A stretch of 64,000 nt of DNA from an uncultured Muribaculaceae bacterium. Lineage in GTDB: Bacteria; Bacillota_I; Bacilli_A; RF39; UBA660. The stretch is from contig CAYURI010000003.1 in NCBI GenBank assembly GCA_964447275.1, forward strand, positions 510 to 64,509. The letters run 5' to 3'. A program made the position numbers and the translations under genes. Each line of letters starts with the position of its first letter. The stretch's first letter is position 1. The notes under the pieces were generated by a model. The model saw only the letters and a program-made list of their open reading frames with translations, had not been told where the DNA came from and searched no databases. Shown piece after piece: positions 48,087 through 59,208 of this stretch.

Positions 48087-48812
48087 ATGAAAAAAGTTTT
48101 ACTTATTATAATTGGCTTATTAATTGTTTTCTTAAGTGGTATTTTATACTTAAATTGGCCAGCTAAAGAAATTGAAAAAGAAATTAAAGAAGAACCAGTT
48201 TTAACTAGCTTCAATTTTACTAATGGTGATTGTGATACTTTAGAAAGTTATTTCTGCGTAAAAACCATTGCTGATGTTAGTATAAGTGGTGTTGAAAAGG
48301 ATTTGGTTTTAAAAATTACTAAATCAGCAAGTTACTTAGTAGGTAGCTCTGAAGTTGTCGATTTAACAATGAATTTATATTGGGATGATATCTTAGTTTA
48401 TACTTTTAAACCTAATACCTATTTAGTATCAGAATTAACTAACTATAGCCCAGATATTAAAATTGATGTTTTAGATAATCGTTACTTAGTAATTGGTTAC
48501 ATAGCAACCAACAATACACTAGTGGATGAAAAAGCATTGGATGTTGTTGATATAACTAATAAACAAGTAGTTGCTAGTTTAGGCCTTGGTAGTTTAGAAA
48601 TAAATACTTTAAATAATATTGAGTTTTCTAGTACTTATTATAAAATAGTTGATAATAAACTCATTTACTATAGCTATGAATGTAATCAAGCAGAACCTGG
48701 TAATTATTTTTTGAGAGAAATAAGTGGGACATTTAATAATGGTATCTTAGAAAAAGAAACGCTTACTGAATACAATAATACTAATAGTACAACAACAAAT
48801 ATTAGTTGCTAA
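48087..48812 (+). CDS. hypothetical membrane-anchored extracytoplasmic protein (start MKKVLLIII at 48087)
   Basis: N-terminal signal/anchor followed by a ~215-aa domain with no recognisable motif. Confidence 0.35.
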   Translation: MKKVLLIIIGLLIVFLSGILYLNWPAKEIEKEIKEEPVLTSFNFTNGDCDTLESYFCVKTIADVSISGVEKDLVLKITKSASYLVGSSEVVDLTMNLYWDDILVYTFKPNTYLVSELTNYSPDIKIDVLDNRYLVIGYIATNNTLVDEKALDVVDITNKQVVASLGLGSLEINTLNNIEFSSTYYKIVDNKLIYYSYECNQAEPGNYFLREISGTFNNGILEKETLTEYNNTNSTTTNISC

Positions 48813-48882
48813 AAGCCAAATAAAAGCCTTGGCTTTTTTTATTGGAAATAGTATAATATTTAGTAGAATAAGAGGGATTAAA

Positions 48883-50547
48883 TTGAATAGTAATATTGAA
48901 CTTAAAATAAATGGCATAATAAATACGTATCCAATTGGTATAACTCTTTTTGAGTTGAGTAAATATTTTCAAGATAAATTAGCTAACCCAATTATTGCCG
49001 CCAAAATAAATAATATTGTTTTTCCTTTATATGATAAGATTAAAAATAATTGTGAAATAAAGTTTATTGATGTTAATGATATAAATGGTCAGACGATGTA
49101 TTTAGCTGGTCTTAAATTCATTCTTATTACAGCTCTTAAAGATCTTTTCGGTGAAGAAGCCAACATTGAATATTTAAATTCTTTAGATAAAGGTCTTTAT
49201 GCTGAAGTGAAAATTGGTGAAAAGTTAACTTCTCTAAACGTTCAAAGAATTATTAATAAAGTTCAAGAAATAGTTGATATGGATCTTCTGTTTGAGAAGA
49301 TAACTGTTAAGAAAAAAGAAGCAATTAATTTTTTACTTAAAAATGATGAAATTGAAAAAGCTAAAAATATTCAAAATTTATCAAATAGTACAGTGGTGTT
49401 TTTTAAATTAAAGAATTATTTTAATTACTTCTACGCCGATTTACCTTATAGTACTAAAGCCATAAATAAGTTTGCGATTGATTTAATTGATGATAATCAT
49501 TTGCTACTAAGATTTCCTACAGCTAGAAGTAATAATAAGATTCCAGAATTTAGAAAGTATGATAAAACATTGGAATGCTTTTCTTGTTATCGCGGGTGGT
49601 TAAACGATCTAAAGACTCCTTATGTTTCTAGTTTAAATGATTTAATTTCTAAAAATAAAATAAGAGAGTTTATTCAAATTAATGAAATATATATTGATAA
49701 TCAGTTTAAAGAAATAGCTAGTAAAATAAGTTTAAATAAACAAATCAAATTAATTTTAATGGCTGGACCTTCATCTTCTGGCAAAACCACAAGTGCTCAT
49801 AAGTTATCGTTATATTTAAAATATAATGGAATAAATTCAATTATTATTTCGGCTGATGATTATTTTAAAGAAAAAGAAGAATATATTAAAGATTTAAATG
49901 GTGAAATAGACTTTGAATCACCAGATAATTTAGATATCTCACTTTTGAATAATCAATTAGGCAGTTTGTTAAACGGTGAAGAAGTATCAATGCCTAAGTT
50001 TAACTTCTTTACTGGTAAGAAAGAATATAAAGGCAGAGTAGTAAAACTTAATTCAAATGATGTCATCATATTAGAAGGCATCCATTGTTTAAATAATAAT
50101 TTAACTTCATATATTGATAATACTTTAAAATATAAAATTTATGTAAGTCCTTTTATGCCCCTTAGAATTGATAAACATAATCATATCTCAACTGTTGATT
50201 TAAGACTTATAAGAAGAATAGTTAGGGACTCAGTATTTAGAGGATACTTAGTTGATGAAACGATTGCTGGTTGGCAGAAAGTTCGTCGTGGTGAAGAGGA
50301 ATATATTTTCCCTTATCAAGAAGAGGTTGATGATATTATTAACACTGCTTCAATATTTGAACTAGGAATACTAAAAGTATATGCTGAACCGCTTTTATAC
50401 TCTGTTCCAGTTAATTCGCCTTATTATGAAGAAGCAAGAAGATTACTAGGATATTTAAGAATATATTTTCCTATTACTAGCGAATATTTGCCGGGCAGTT
50501 CGATATTAAGAGAATTTATTGGTAATAGTATATTTGATCCTCATTAG
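48883..50547 (+). CDS. uridine-kinase/phosphoribulokinase-family P-loop kinase with N-terminal TGS-like domain. Probable TTG start at 48883 (SD AGAGGGA); the track ATG 48829 lies inside a promoter-like TATAAT.
   Basis: P-loop LMAGPSSSGKTT in the C-terminal half. The N-terminal ~60 aa resemble a TGS/ThrRS-N ubiquitin-like fold. Confidence 0.5.
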   Translation: MNSNIELKINGIINTYPIGITLFELSKYFQDKLANPIIAAKINNIVFPLYDKIKNNCEIKFIDVNDINGQTMYLAGLKFILITALKDLFGEEANIEYLNSLDKGLYAEVKIGEKLTSLNVQRIINKVQEIVDMDLLFEKITVKKKEAINFLLKNDEIEKAKNIQNLSNSTVVFFKLKNYFNYFYADLPYSTKAINKFAIDLIDDNHLLLRFPTARSNNKIPEFRKYDKTLECFSCYRGWLNDLKTPYVSSLNDLISKNKIREFIQINEIYIDNQFKEIASKISLNKQIKLILMAGPSSSGKTTSAHKLSLYLKYNGINSIIISADDYFKEKEEYIKDLNGEIDFESPDNLDISLLNNQLGSLLNGEEVSMPKFNFFTGKKEYKGRVVKLNSNDVIILEGIHCLNNNLTSYIDNTLKYKIYVSPFMPLRIDKHNHISTVDLRLIRRIVRDSVFRGYLVDETIAGWQKVRRGEEEYIFPYQEEVDDIINTASIFELGILKVYAEPLLYSVPVNSPYYEEARRLLGYLRIYFPITSEYLPGSSILREFIGNSIFDPH

Positions 50548-50563
50548 AAAGAAGGAATAAAAA

Positions 50564-51565
50564 ATGATAAAAGTAGCAATTAATGGTTTTGGTAGAATTG
50601 GTAGATTAGCCTTTCGCGAATTAATACTAAATAAGGAATATAAAGTAGTGGCAATTAATGATTTAACATCGGCTAGGGACTTAGCTTACTATTTAAAATA
50701 TGATACTAATCATCGTTCTTTTTATCCAAATTATATAACGAATGATGATAATGGCATTATCTTTAATGGCGAAAAAGTCCAAGTATTTAATGAAACTGAT
50801 CCAGAGAAACTTCCTTGGAGAGATTTAGATGTTGATGTAGTGTTAGAATGCACTGGTAAGTTTACTGATTATAATGAAGCGATGAAGCATATTAATGCCG
50901 GGGCTAAAAAAGTTTTAATTAGTGCTCCTGGTAAAGGGGAAATGAAAACGATTGTTTACAATGTTAATGATAGTATTTTAGACGGTAGTGAAAAAGTTGT
51001 TTCGGCAGCTAGTTGCACAACTAATTGTTTAGCCCCAGTCCTAAAAATTATTAATGATAACATTGGTATTGTTAAAGGCTTTATGGTAACAGTCCATGCT
51101 TATACTAATGATCAAGAGACTCTAGATATTCCTCATAAAAAAGGCATAGAGTCAAGAAGGGGTAGAGCAGCAGCACAAAATATTGTGCCATCTTCAACTG
51201 GAGCAGCTAGCGCCATTGGTTTAGTTATACCAGAATTAAAAGACAAGCTTGATGGTTGTGCTTACCGTGTTCCAGTAAGTGATGGATCACTTATTGATGT
51301 AACTTTAGAACTAAAAAGGAACACCACAAAAGAAGAAATTAATAATTTATTTAAAACTAACCAAAATGATACTATTATGTATACTGAAGATCCAATTGTA
51401 TCTAGTGATATATTAGGTAAAAGAATTGGCGCTTTGGTTGATGGCTTATTAACTAATATTGTTGAATCAGATGGTAAACAACTAGTAAAAGTAGTGGCTT
51501 GGTATGATAATGAAGTTGGGTATACCGCTCAGATGATTAAAACATTTAGCAAACTATTTAAATAA
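50564..51565 (+). CDS. gap: glyceraldehyde-3-phosphate dehydrogenase
   Basis: 333 aa. NGFGRIGR Rossmann motif, catalytic SCTTNCLAP. Confidence 0.95.
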   Translation: MIKVAINGFGRIGRLAFRELILNKEYKVVAINDLTSARDLAYYLKYDTNHRSFYPNYITNDDNGIIFNGEKVQVFNETDPEKLPWRDLDVDVVLECTGKFTDYNEAMKHINAGAKKVLISAPGKGEMKTIVYNVNDSILDGSEKVVSAASCTTNCLAPVLKIINDNIGIVKGFMVTVHAYTNDQETLDIPHKKGIESRRGRAAAQNIVPSSTGAASAIGLVIPELKDKLDGCAYRVPVSDGSLIDVTLELKRNTTKEEINNLFKTNQNDTIMYTEDPIVSSDILGKRIGALVDGLLTNIVESDGKQLVKVVAWYDNEVGYTAQMIKTFSKLFK

Positions 51566-51587
51566 CTCTTTCAAGAGTTATTTTTTT
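51563..51587 (+). terminator. rho-independent terminator after gap
   Basis: TAACTCTttcaAGAGTTA followed by TTTTTTT. Confidence 0.65.
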
Positions 51588-51611
51588 AGTATTAAAGTTA
51601 CATTTTACCCC

Positions 51612-51771
51612 TAGACAAAAGGCTTAGATATTGCTATAATCTTCGTTGTATGACTGCTGAGAGGCGTGAGGTTGCTGACACACTAGGTTGAGTTGCTTAC
51701 ATCTTTCCTAATGTCAGGTTATTTGCGCGGAGCAAGTCTGTACTAGATATAGACGAAGGGAGGACATGAAA
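51612..51771 (+). promoter_or_regulatory. S10-operon promoter (TAGACA-17-TGcTATAAT) and ~125-nt relatively GC-rich structured leader
   Basis: -35 at 51612-51617, -10 at 51635-51640. The leader 5' end CUUCGU (51641-51646) is complementary to ACGAAG (51753-51758), immediately 5' of the SD GGAGG. An internal CUGACA/UGUCAG stem is also present. Confidence 0.5.
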
Positions 51772-52080
51772 ATGTCAAAAGAAAAAGTTCGTATTAGACT
51801 AAAAGCTTATGATCATAGAATTCTTGATCAAGCAGCTGTTAGAATAATTGAAACAGTAAAAAGAACTGGAGGAATTGTATCAGGTCCAGTACCACTTCCA
51901 ACCGAGATTGAAAAAGTAACGGTTTTAAGTGCAGTACATAAATATAAAGACGCAAGAGAACAATTTGAAATGCGTACTCATAAAAGACTTATTGATATTA
52001 AAGACCCTAGTAAAGAAACAATTGATGCTTTATCTCATTTGGATTTGCCAAGTGGCGTAGACATTGAAATAAAATTATAA
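51772..52080 (+). CDS. rpsJ: 30S ribosomal protein S10 (start ATG 51772, [15 protein letters not shown])
   Basis: Conserved S10 N-terminus. SD spacing favours the second ATG. Confidence 0.9.
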   Translation: MSKEKVRIRLKAYDHRILDQAAVRIIETVKRTGGIVSGPVPLPTEIEKVTVLSAVHKYKDAREQFEMRTHKRLIDIKDPSKETIDALSHLDLPSGVDIEIKL

Positions 52081-52098
52081 TAGTTGGAGGAAGAAAGT

Positions 52099-52914
52099 AT
52101 GAAAGGAATCTTAGGTCGTAAAATCGGCATGACCGAAGTTTTTACGAAAGATGGAAAATTAATTCCAGTCACAGTAGTTGAAGTAACACCTAATGTTGTT
52201 ACTCAAGTTAAGACTAATGAGATAGATGGCTATAACAGCATTCAATTAGCATTCTGTGATAAAAAAGAAAAAAATACTAGTAAAGCTAGTATGGGACACA
52301 CAAAAAAAGCTAACACCACTCCTAAGCGCTTCTTAAAAGAAATGAGAAATATGGAAGGCGCTTATACTGTAGGAGACCAAATAGGCGCAGATTTATTTGC
52401 TTCTGGAGAAACAGTTGATGTTACTGGAACAAGTAAAGGTAAGGGCTTTCAAGGCGCTATCAAGCGTTTTAATCAAACTCGTGGGCCAATGTCTCATGGA
52501 TCTAGATATCATAGAGGACCAGGTTCTCTTGGTACAATGAGACCGATGAGAGTATTTAAGGCTAAAAAGTTACCAGGACACATGGGACATGAAACAATTA
52601 CAGTTCAAAACTTAAAAATTGTTGAAGTAAATGCTAATGAAAACTATATTTTAGTAAGTGGTAATGTACCAGGACCTAAAAATGGCTTAGTATTAATTAG
52701 ATCAGCTGTTAAAGGATCACCTAAGAAAGTTGTACCAATTGAATTGGTTAACTATGAAGAAGTTGAAACTGTTGTTGATGAAGTAATTGAAGAAGCTGAA
52801 GTAGAAAATATAGAAGAAGTAACTACTCCATCTACATCTGCTGAAACAGTTGAAGAACAACCTAGTGAAGAAGTAACAGAAGAACAAGCAACTGAAGAAG
52901 GGGCAGGTGAATAA
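52099..52914 (+). CDS. rplC: 50S ribosomal protein L3 with ~60-aa acidic C-terminal extension
   Basis: Begins [12 protein letters not shown]. The C-terminus [27 protein letters not shown]...EEGAGE lies beyond the usual L3 length. Confidence 0.9.
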   Translation: MKGILGRKIGMTEVFTKDGKLIPVTVVEVTPNVVTQVKTNEIDGYNSIQLAFCDKKEKNTSKASMGHTKKANTTPKRFLKEMRNMEGAYTVGDQIGADLFASGETVDVTGTSKGKGFQGAIKRFNQTRGPMSHGSRYHRGPGSLGTMRPMRVFKAKKLPGHMGHETITVQNLKIVEVNANENYILVSGNVPGPKNGLVLIRSAVKGSPKKVVPIELVNYEEVETVVDEVIEEAEVENIEEVTTPSTSAETVEEQPSEEVTEEQATEEGAGE

Positions 52915-52916
52915 TC

Positions 52917-53540
52917 ATGGCTAAAGTAAGTTTAATAAAATTAAATGGTGAAAAAGTAAAAGATATTACTTTAGAAGATGGTATTTGGAATATTGAGATA
53001 AATAAAGATATTCTAAGTAAAGCTCTAAGATTATCATTAGCTTCACAAAACCAAGGCACAAAGAAAACTAAAACTCGTGGTGAAGTAAGTGGTAGTGGTA
53101 AAAAGCCATGGAAACAAAAAGGAACAGGACGTGCTCGTGCTGGTCAAAAAAGAAGCCCAGTTTGGGTTGGTGGTGGCCATACATTTGCTTTAACCAGCAA
53201 AGAAAACACCATTAAGATGAATAAAAAAGAAAGAGTTATTGCTATTAAGAGTGCTTTATCAACTAAATTCCAAAATAAAGAATTAGTGGTTGTTGAAGCA
53301 ATGATGTTACCTACTTTGAAGACTAAAGAATTAAATGATATTTTAAAAGCTTTAAAAGTTAGTAAAAAAGTTTTATTTGTTACAGTTGAAGAAAATGAAA
53401 ATCTATATATGGCAAGTAGAAACTTAACTAATATTGGTCATATCATGGCTAAAGAAATTAACATTTTAGATGTTATAAATAGTGGTACTTTAGTACTTGA
53501 TGAAGCATCAGTAAAATATGTTGAGGAGGTGCTTAAATAA
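52917..53540 (+). CDS. rplD: 50S ribosomal protein L4
   Basis: 207 aa. S10-operon order. Confidence 0.9.
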   Translation: MAKVSLIKLNGEKVKDITLEDGIWNIEINKDILSKALRLSLASQNQGTKKTKTRGEVSGSGKKPWKQKGTGRARAGQKRSPVWVGGGHTFALTSKENTIKMNKKERVIAIKSALSTKFQNKELVVVEAMMLPTLKTKELNDILKALKVSKKVLFVTVEENENLYMASRNLTNIGHIMAKEINILDVINSGTLVLDEASVKYVEEVLK

Positions 53541-53809
53541 TGAGAGATATTATTATTGCACCGTTAATAACGGAAAAAGTTAGTCGTCTTGCTCAAGATG
53601 GGAAAACTTATATTTTTAAAGTAAGTAAGAAAGCTAATAAATTTGAAATTAAACAAGCAATTGAAGAAGCTTTTGGTGTTAAAGTGGCAAGTGTTAATAC
53701 TTCGATTACTAAGCCAAAAGATAAAAGAGTCGGTAAACATACCGGTCAAACTAAAACATTTAAAAAAGCTATCATCACTTTAGTTGATGGCCAAAGAATA
53801 GATGTTTAG
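53540..53809 (+). CDS. rplW: 50S ribosomal protein L23
   Basis: 89 aa. Confidence 0.9.
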   Translation: MRDIIIAPLITEKVSRLAQDGKTYIFKVSKKANKFEIKQAIEEAFGVKVASVNTSITKPKDKRVGKHTGQTKTFKKAIITLVDGQRIDV

Positions 53810-53824
53810 GGAGGATGATTAGTA

Positions 53825-54661
53825 ATGCCAGTAAAAAATTATAAACCTACTACTAATGGTAGAAGAGGCATGTCCACTTTAATAAACAGTGAAATAACTG
53901 CTAAGAAACCACAAAAAAGTTTAACTGTATCAAAAAGTAAAACTGGTGGAAGAAATAATCAAGGCAGAATGACTGTTAGACATATTGGTGGAGGAGCTAA
54001 ACAAAAATACCGTATCATCGACTTTAAACGTGATAAGTTTGATGTTACTGGTAAAGTAGTATCAATTGAATATGATCCAAATAGAAATGCTAATATTGCT
54101 TTAATCGCTTATAAAGATGGCGAAAAAAGATATATTATCGCTCCTAAAGATTTAAAAGTTAATATGATAATTTCTAGTGGCGAAAATGCTGATATTAGAG
54201 TTGGAAATGCATTACCTTTGAAAAACATTCCAGTTGGTACTGTAATTCATAATATTGAGTTAAAACCAAAAAAAGGCGGCGAATTATGTAGAGCTGCTGG
54301 AGCAAGTGCTCAAATTCTTGGCAAAGAAGGCAAATATGTTATGTTAAGACTTCAAAGTAGCGAAATGCGTAAAGTTTTAGAAACTTGTATGGCTACAGTT
54401 GGAGTTGTTGGTAACGAAGATGCTGAACTTGTTAATTTAGGTAAAGCAGGACGCAAACGTCATATGGGCGTTCGCCCAACCAATAGAGGTTCAGCTATGA
54501 ACCCTAATGACCATCCACATGGTGGTGGTGAAGGTAGAACACCAATTGGTAGAAAAGGGCCAGTTACTCCTTGGGGTAAACCAGCTCTTGGCTATAAAAC
54601 TAGAAAAAACAAAAATAAATCAAATAAGCTTATTGTAAGTAGAAAGAAACCTAGGAGGTAG
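53825..54661 (+). CDS. rplB: 50S ribosomal protein L2
   Basis: 278 aa. GGGEGRTP-like motif. Confidence 0.95.
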   Translation: MPVKNYKPTTNGRRGMSTLINSEITAKKPQKSLTVSKSKTGGRNNQGRMTVRHIGGGAKQKYRIIDFKRDKFDVTGKVVSIEYDPNRNANIALIAYKDGEKRYIIAPKDLKVNMIISSGENADIRVGNALPLKNIPVGTVIHNIELKPKKGGELCRAAGASAQILGKEGKYVMLRLQSSEMRKVLETCMATVGVVGNEDAELVNLGKAGRKRHMGVRPTNRGSAMNPNDHPHGGGEGRTPIGRKGPVTPWGKPALGYKTRKNKNKSNKLIVSRKKPRR

Positions 54662-54666
54662 AAAAA

Positions 54667-54939
54667 ATGGCTAGAAGTTTAAAAAAAGGCCCTTATGTAT
54701 TTGATAGATTATTAAATAAAATAAGAAAGAATAATGAAAATGGCAAAAAAGAAGTTATTAAAACCTGGTCAAGAAGATCAACTATCTACCCAGATTTTAT
54801 TGGTCATACAATAGCAGTCCACAATGGCAAAGAGTTTATTCCTGTTTATATTACAGAAGATATGGTAGGACATAAACTAGGTGAATTTTCTTTAACCCGT
54901 AAATTTACCGGCCATGCTGGAAATAAAAAAGAAAGTTAG
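54667..54939 (+). CDS. rpsS: 30S ribosomal protein S19
   Basis: [11 protein letters not shown]. Confidence 0.95.
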   Translation: MARSLKKGPYVFDRLLNKIRKNNENGKKEVIKTWSRRSTIYPDFIGHTIAVHNGKEFIPVYITEDMVGHKLGEFSLTRKFTGHAGNKKES

Positions 54940-54949
54940 GAGGTAGCTA

Positions 54950-55294
54950 ATGGAAGCTTATGCAATTCACAAAAGTGCAATGATTAAACCAAGAAAAGCC
55001 AGAATGACATTAGATCTTATCAGAGGCAAAAAAGTTGTTGTTGCGGAAAGTATTTTAGAAGCAACTAACACTTTAGCAAGTCGTTTAATTATCAAAGTTT
55101 TAAAATCAGCTACTGCTAATGCTACTAATAACTTAGGATTAAACAAAGAAGATTTAATTATCTCAGAATGCTTTATTAATGGTGGTCCAGTTCTTAAAAG
55201 AATTAAGTTTGGATCTCGTACTAAAGTTGATAGACGTGATAAGAGAACAAGTCATATTACTGTAAAAGTAAGTGACGGAAAGGTTGGTGCTTAA
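54950..55294 (+). CDS. rplV: 50S ribosomal protein L22
   Basis: 114 aa. Confidence 0.9.
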   Translation: MEAYAIHKSAMIKPRKARMTLDLIRGKKVVVAESILEATNTLASRLIIKVLKSATANATNNLGLNKEDLIISECFINGGPVLKRIKFGSRTKVDRRDKRTSHITVKVSDGKVGA

Positions 55295-55297
55295 TAT

Positions 55298-55975
55298 ATG
55301 GGTCAAAAAGTAAATCCAGTCAGTTATAGACTTGGTGTTAATAAAACTTGGGATTCAAAATGGTATGCATCAAAAGATTACGCTACTTATTTAAATAAGG
55401 ATCTTAAGATTCGTGAATTTCTTGAAAAAGCATTAAAAGAAGCAGCTGTTGCTTCAATAATCATTGAGAGAAATAAAAAAAGAACTGATATTACAATTAA
55501 TACTGCAAGACCAGGTGTCATAATTGGCCGTGGTGGCGAAGATATTGATAAGTTAAGAAAAGCATTAAATAAATTAGTTGATGAAGAAATTTATATTTCT
55601 ATCGTTGAAGTAAAACAACCAGATATAAATGCTAAATTAGTTGCTGATTCAATTGCTTATCAAATTGCTAATAGAGGACCATTTAGGGGAGCTCAAAAAA
55701 GAGCGATAAGAAATGCCATGAAAGCTGGAGCAAAAGGAATTAAAACTGCTGTTTCAGGAAGACTTGGTGGAGCTGAAATGGCTCGTACTGAATGGTATGT
55801 AGAAGGTACTGTTCCACTTCATACTTTAAGAGCTAATATTGATTATGCCACAAGTACAGCACAAACGATTTATGGCAAAATTGGTGTTAAAGTATGGATT
55901 TATACTGGAGAAGTATTAAATACCAAAAAACAAGATAAGGGAGTTGATACTAATGTTGATACCAAAAAGAACTAA
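55298..55975 (+). CDS. rpsC: 30S ribosomal protein S3
   Basis: [15 protein letters not shown] domain. Confidence 0.95.
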   Translation: MGQKVNPVSYRLGVNKTWDSKWYASKDYATYLNKDLKIREFLEKALKEAAVASIIIERNKKRTDITINTARPGVIIGRGGEDIDKLRKALNKLVDEEIYISIVEVKQPDINAKLVADSIAYQIANRGPFRGAQKRAIRNAMKAGAKGIKTAVSGRLGGAEMARTEWYVEGTVPLHTLRANIDYATSTAQTIYGKIGVKVWIYTGEVLNTKKQDKGVDTNVDTKKN

Positions 55976-56387
55976 ATATAAAAAATCACATCGCATTAGT
56001 TATGATGGTCATGCCAGAGGAAACACCAAGTTAAATCAAGGTGACTATGGTTTAATGGCAAAAGAAGGAGCATGGATAAGTGCTCGTCAAATTGAAGCTG
56101 CTCGTATTGCGATGACTCGTTATATGAAACGTGGCGGCAAAGTATGGATTAATATTTTCCCACACTTACCATTAACAAAGAAGCCTTTAGAAACCAGACA
56201 AGGTACTGGAAAAGGTTCTGTTGAGGAATGGGTAGCAGTAGTTAAAGAAGGCAAAATTATGTTTGAAATAGGTGAAATTGATGAAGCTACAGCAAGAGAA
56301 GCATTTAGATTAGCAATGCATAAATTACCTGTTACATGTAAGTTTGTCAAAAGAGAAGAAAAGGCTGGTGACAGTAATGAAGATTAA
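55953..56387 (+). CDS. rplP: 50S ribosomal protein L16 (ATG 55953, [11 protein letters not shown])
   Basis: Conserved L16 N-terminus. The track start at 55944 is TTG. Confidence 0.9.
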   Translation: MLIPKRTKYKKSHRISYDGHARGNTKLNQGDYGLMAKEGAWISARQIEAARIAMTRYMKRGGKVWINIFPHLPLTKKPLETRQGTGKGSVEEWVAVVKEGKIMFEIGEIDEATAREAFRLAMHKLPVTCKFVKREEKAGDSNED

Positions 56388-56589
56388 TGAAATTAGAAAA
56401 TTAAGTGATACAGATTTAGTTAAAAAGATTGATGAGTTAAAAAAGACTTTATTTGATCTTAGAATGAAACACGCAACAGGATCACTTGATAAACCATCTG
56501 ATTTAAAAAATACTCGTAAAGCTGTTGCTAGAATGAAAACAGTCTTAAAAGAAAGACAAAATGGAAAGGTGGATAATAATGGAAAGTAA
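56377..56589 (+). CDS. rpmC: 50S ribosomal protein L29 (ATG 56377, [11 protein letters not shown])
   Basis: Matches the L29 N-terminus. Overlaps the last codons of rplP. Confidence 0.85.
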   Translation: MKINEIRKLSDTDLVKKIDELKKTLFDLRMKHATGSLDKPSDLKNTRKAVARMKTVLKERQNGKVDNNGK

Positions 56590-56836
56590 GAAAACGGAAT
56601 TAATTGGTAAAGTAGTAAGTGCTAAATGTGATAAAACAATCACCGTTTTAGTTGAAACTTATCGTAAAGATCCCCTTTATAAAAAACGTGTAAAATATTC
56701 TAAAAAATATTATGCACATGATGAAAAAAATACTGCTAAAGAAGGGGATACAGTTTTAATATCAAGCACTAGACCATTATCTAAATTAAAAAGATATGAG
56801 TTAGTAAAAGTACTTGAAAAAGCTGTTATCTTATAA
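56579..56836 (+). CDS. rpsQ: 30S ribosomal protein S17 (ATG 56579, [14 protein letters not shown])
   Basis: SD AAAGGTGG upstream. Confidence 0.9.
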   Translation: MESKKTELIGKVVSAKCDKTITVLVETYRKDPLYKKRVKYSKKYYAHDEKNTAKEGDTVLISSTRPLSKLKRYELVKVLEKAVIL

Positions 56837-56847
56837 GGAGGGTTATC

Positions 56848-57216
56848 ATGGTTCAACAAGAAAGTAGATTAAAAGTTGCCGATAACTCAGGAGCTAGAGA
56901 AGTTCTAGTTATTAGAGTTCTTGGCGGCAGTAAAGTTAAAACAGCTAACATTGGTGATGTTGTTGTTGCGACAGTAAAAAAGGCTATTCCAAATAGCACA
57001 ACACCAAAAGGTAAAGTAGTAAAAGCTGTTATTGTAAGAAGCGTTCAAGGAGTTAGAAGAGACGATGGTTCATATATCAAATTTGATGATAATGCTTGCG
57101 TTTTAATCAAAGATGATAAGACTCCAATTGGAACTAGAGTTTTAGGGCCTGTTGCTCGTGAACTTCGTGATAAAGATTACATGAAGATAGTATCACTTGC
57201 GACAGAAGTATTATAG
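56848..57216 (+). CDS. rplN: 50S ribosomal protein L14
   Basis: [17 protein letters not shown]. Confidence 0.95.
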   Translation: MVQQESRLKVADNSGAREVLVIRVLGGSKVKTANIGDVVVATVKKAIPNSTTPKGKVVKAVIVRSVQGVRRDDGSYIKFDDNACVLIKDDKTPIGTRVLGPVARELRDKDYMKIVSLATEVL

Positions 57217-57224
57217 GTGATGAT

Positions 57225-57494
57225 ATGTTTGTAAAAGTTGGAGATAAAGTTAAAGTTATTGCTGGAGCTAATAAAGGCAAAGAAGGCAAAGTACTAAAAA
57301 CTTTTAAATTAGAAAACAAAGTATTAGTTGAAGGTGTTCATATTATTAAGAAACACCAAAAACCAACTAATACCAATGACAAAGGTGGCATTATTGAAAG
57401 AGAAGCCCCTATTCATGCATCAAATGTAAAAGTCTTAAAAGAAGAAACTAAAAAAGAACCAGCCAAGAAGAAAACTGAAAAGAAAGTGGCATAG
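57225..57494 (+). CDS. rplX: 50S ribosomal protein L24
   Basis: 89 aa, KOW motif. Confidence 0.9.
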   Translation: MFVKVGDKVKVIAGANKGKEGKVLKTFKLENKVLVEGVHIIKKHQKPTNTNDKGGIIEREAPIHASNVKVLKEETKKEPAKKKTEKKVA

Positions 57495-57503
57495 GGTGAT
57501 AAA

Positions 57504-58043
57504 ATGAGTACATTTAAAAAATTATATGAAGAAAAGATTAAACCAGAACTAGCTAAAGAATTTAAATATGCGTCAGCAATGCAAATTCCTAAGTTAGAAA
57601 AAATAGTTATAAATATGGGCGTTGGTGAAGGCAGTCAAGATTCAAAATTTGTTGAAGCAGCTGCTAAGGACTTAGAAATTATCACTGGTCAAAAGCCAGT
57701 TATAACTAAGGCTAAAAAATCAATTTCTAGTTTTAAACTACGTGCTGGTGTATCAATTGGTGCTAAAGTAACCCTACGTGGCGAAAATATGTACAATTTC
57801 TTAGAAAAATTAATTAAAGTTGCTATTCCTCGTGTAAGAGATTTCCGTGGCTTAAATAATAAAGCTTATGATGGTAGAGGAAATTATACTTTAGGAATAA
57901 AAGAACAATTAATATTCCCAGAAATTGACTATGATAATATATTAAAAATAAGAGGTATGGATATTGTATTTGTTACTACAGCAAAAACAAACGAAGAAGC
58001 ACACGCTTTATTAAGCGCCTTCGGAATGCCATTTAGAAAGTAG
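57504..58043 (+). CDS. rplE: 50S ribosomal protein L5
   Basis: 179 aa. Confidence 0.9.
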   Translation: MSTFKKLYEEKIKPELAKEFKYASAMQIPKLEKIVINMGVGEGSQDSKFVEAAAKDLEIITGQKPVITKAKKSISSFKLRAGVSIGAKVTLRGENMYNFLEKLIKVAIPRVRDFRGLNNKAYDGRGNYTLGIKEQLIFPEIDYDNILKIRGMDIVFVTTAKTNEEAHALLSAFGMPFRK

Positions 58044-58054
58044 GAGATGAAGTT

Positions 58055-58240
58055 ATGGCAAGAAAAAGTTTAATAATAAAATCTAAACAAACACCAAAAT
58101 TTTCAACTCGTGCTTATACTAGATGCGAAAGATGTGGACGCCCACATAGCGTATTAAGAAAATACAAATTATGCCGTATTTGCTTTAGAGAATTAGCAAG
58201 TAAAGGCCAAATACCTGGCGTAACGAAATCAAGTTGGTAA
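58055..58240 (+). CDS. rpsN: 30S ribosomal protein S14 type Z (zinc-binding, 61 aa)
   Basis: [10 protein letters not shown]...CRIC. Confidence 0.9.
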   Translation: MARKSLIIKSKQTPKFSTRAYTRCERCGRPHSVLRKYKLCRICFRELASKGQIPGVTKSSW

Positions 58241-58252
58241 GGAGAAGATAAT

Positions 58253-58648
58253 ATGGTAAGCGATTATATAGCAGATATGTTAACAAGAATACGTAACGCT
58301 AATACAATGAAGTATAAAAACGTTACAGTGTTAGGATCTAAGATGACATTAGGAATTGCTGAAATTCTTAAAAAAGAAGGATATATAACAGCCTATAAAT
58401 ATAATAAAGATACTAAAGGTGATACGATAGATATCGAATTAAAATATGGCGCTAAAAAAGAAAGAGTTATAATCGGTCTTAAAAGAATTAGTAAACCTGG
58501 ATTAAGAGTATATGCGAAAAGTGATGAACTTCCTCATGTTCTTAATAATTTAGGAATAGCAATCATATCAACTTCTGAAGGATTACTAACTGATGCAGAA
58601 GCTAGGGCCAAAGGCTTAGGGGGAGAAGTACTTGCCTATATATGGTAA
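58253..58648 (+). CDS. rpsH: 30S ribosomal protein S8
   Basis: [10 protein letters not shown]. Confidence 0.95.
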   Translation: MVSDYIADMLTRIRNANTMKYKNVTVLGSKMTLGIAEILKKEGYITAYKYNKDTKGDTIDIELKYGAKKERVIIGLKRISKPGLRVYAKSDELPHVLNNLGIAIISTSEGLLTDAEARAKGLGGEVLAYIW

Positions 58649-58660
58649 GGAAAATTGATT

Positions 58661-59197
58661 ATGAGTCGTATTGGAAAAAGAGAATTAATTATTCCTGAAG
58701 GTGTAACTGTAACAATAAATCCTAGTGAAGTTATTGTTAAAGGACCTAAAGGTGAATTAAAAGAAAATTATGATAAGAGAATAACTGTTAAAGAAGTAGA
58801 AGGTAAAATAATTACCGAAAGATCTAGTGAAATCAAACATGTAAAACAATTACATGGAACAACAAACTCTTTAATTAATAATATGATTATTGGAGTTACA
58901 AAAGGATATGAACAAGATCTTGAAGCAGTTGGTGTTGGTTATAGATTTAACTTACAAGGAAACAAAATAGTTATCAGTGCTGGCTTTAGTCATCCTGTTG
59001 AAGTAACTATTCCTAGTGACATAAAAGTTGAATCACCAAGCAATACTGAATTATCATTAAAAGGAATTAATAAACAAAGAGTTATGGAATTTGCGGCAAA
59101 TATTCGCAAAATAAGAAAACCAGAACCTTATAAAGGTAAAGGTATTCGTTATAAAGGTGAATATGTAAGACGCAAAGAAGGAAAGAAAGCGGCATAG
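58661..59197 (+). CDS. rplF: 50S ribosomal protein L6 (ATG 58661, MSRIGKR)
   Basis: Conserved N-terminus. Confidence 0.9.
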   Translation: MSRIGKRELIIPEGVTVTINPSEVIVKGPKGELKENYDKRITVKEVEGKIITERSSEIKHVKQLHGTTNSLINNMIIGVTKGYEQDLEAVGVGYRFNLQGNKIVISAGFSHPVEVTIPSDIKVESPSNTELSLKGINKQRVMEFAANIRKIRKPEPYKGKGIRYKGEYVRRKEGKKAA

Positions 59198-59208
59198 GAG
59201 GTTAGAGT

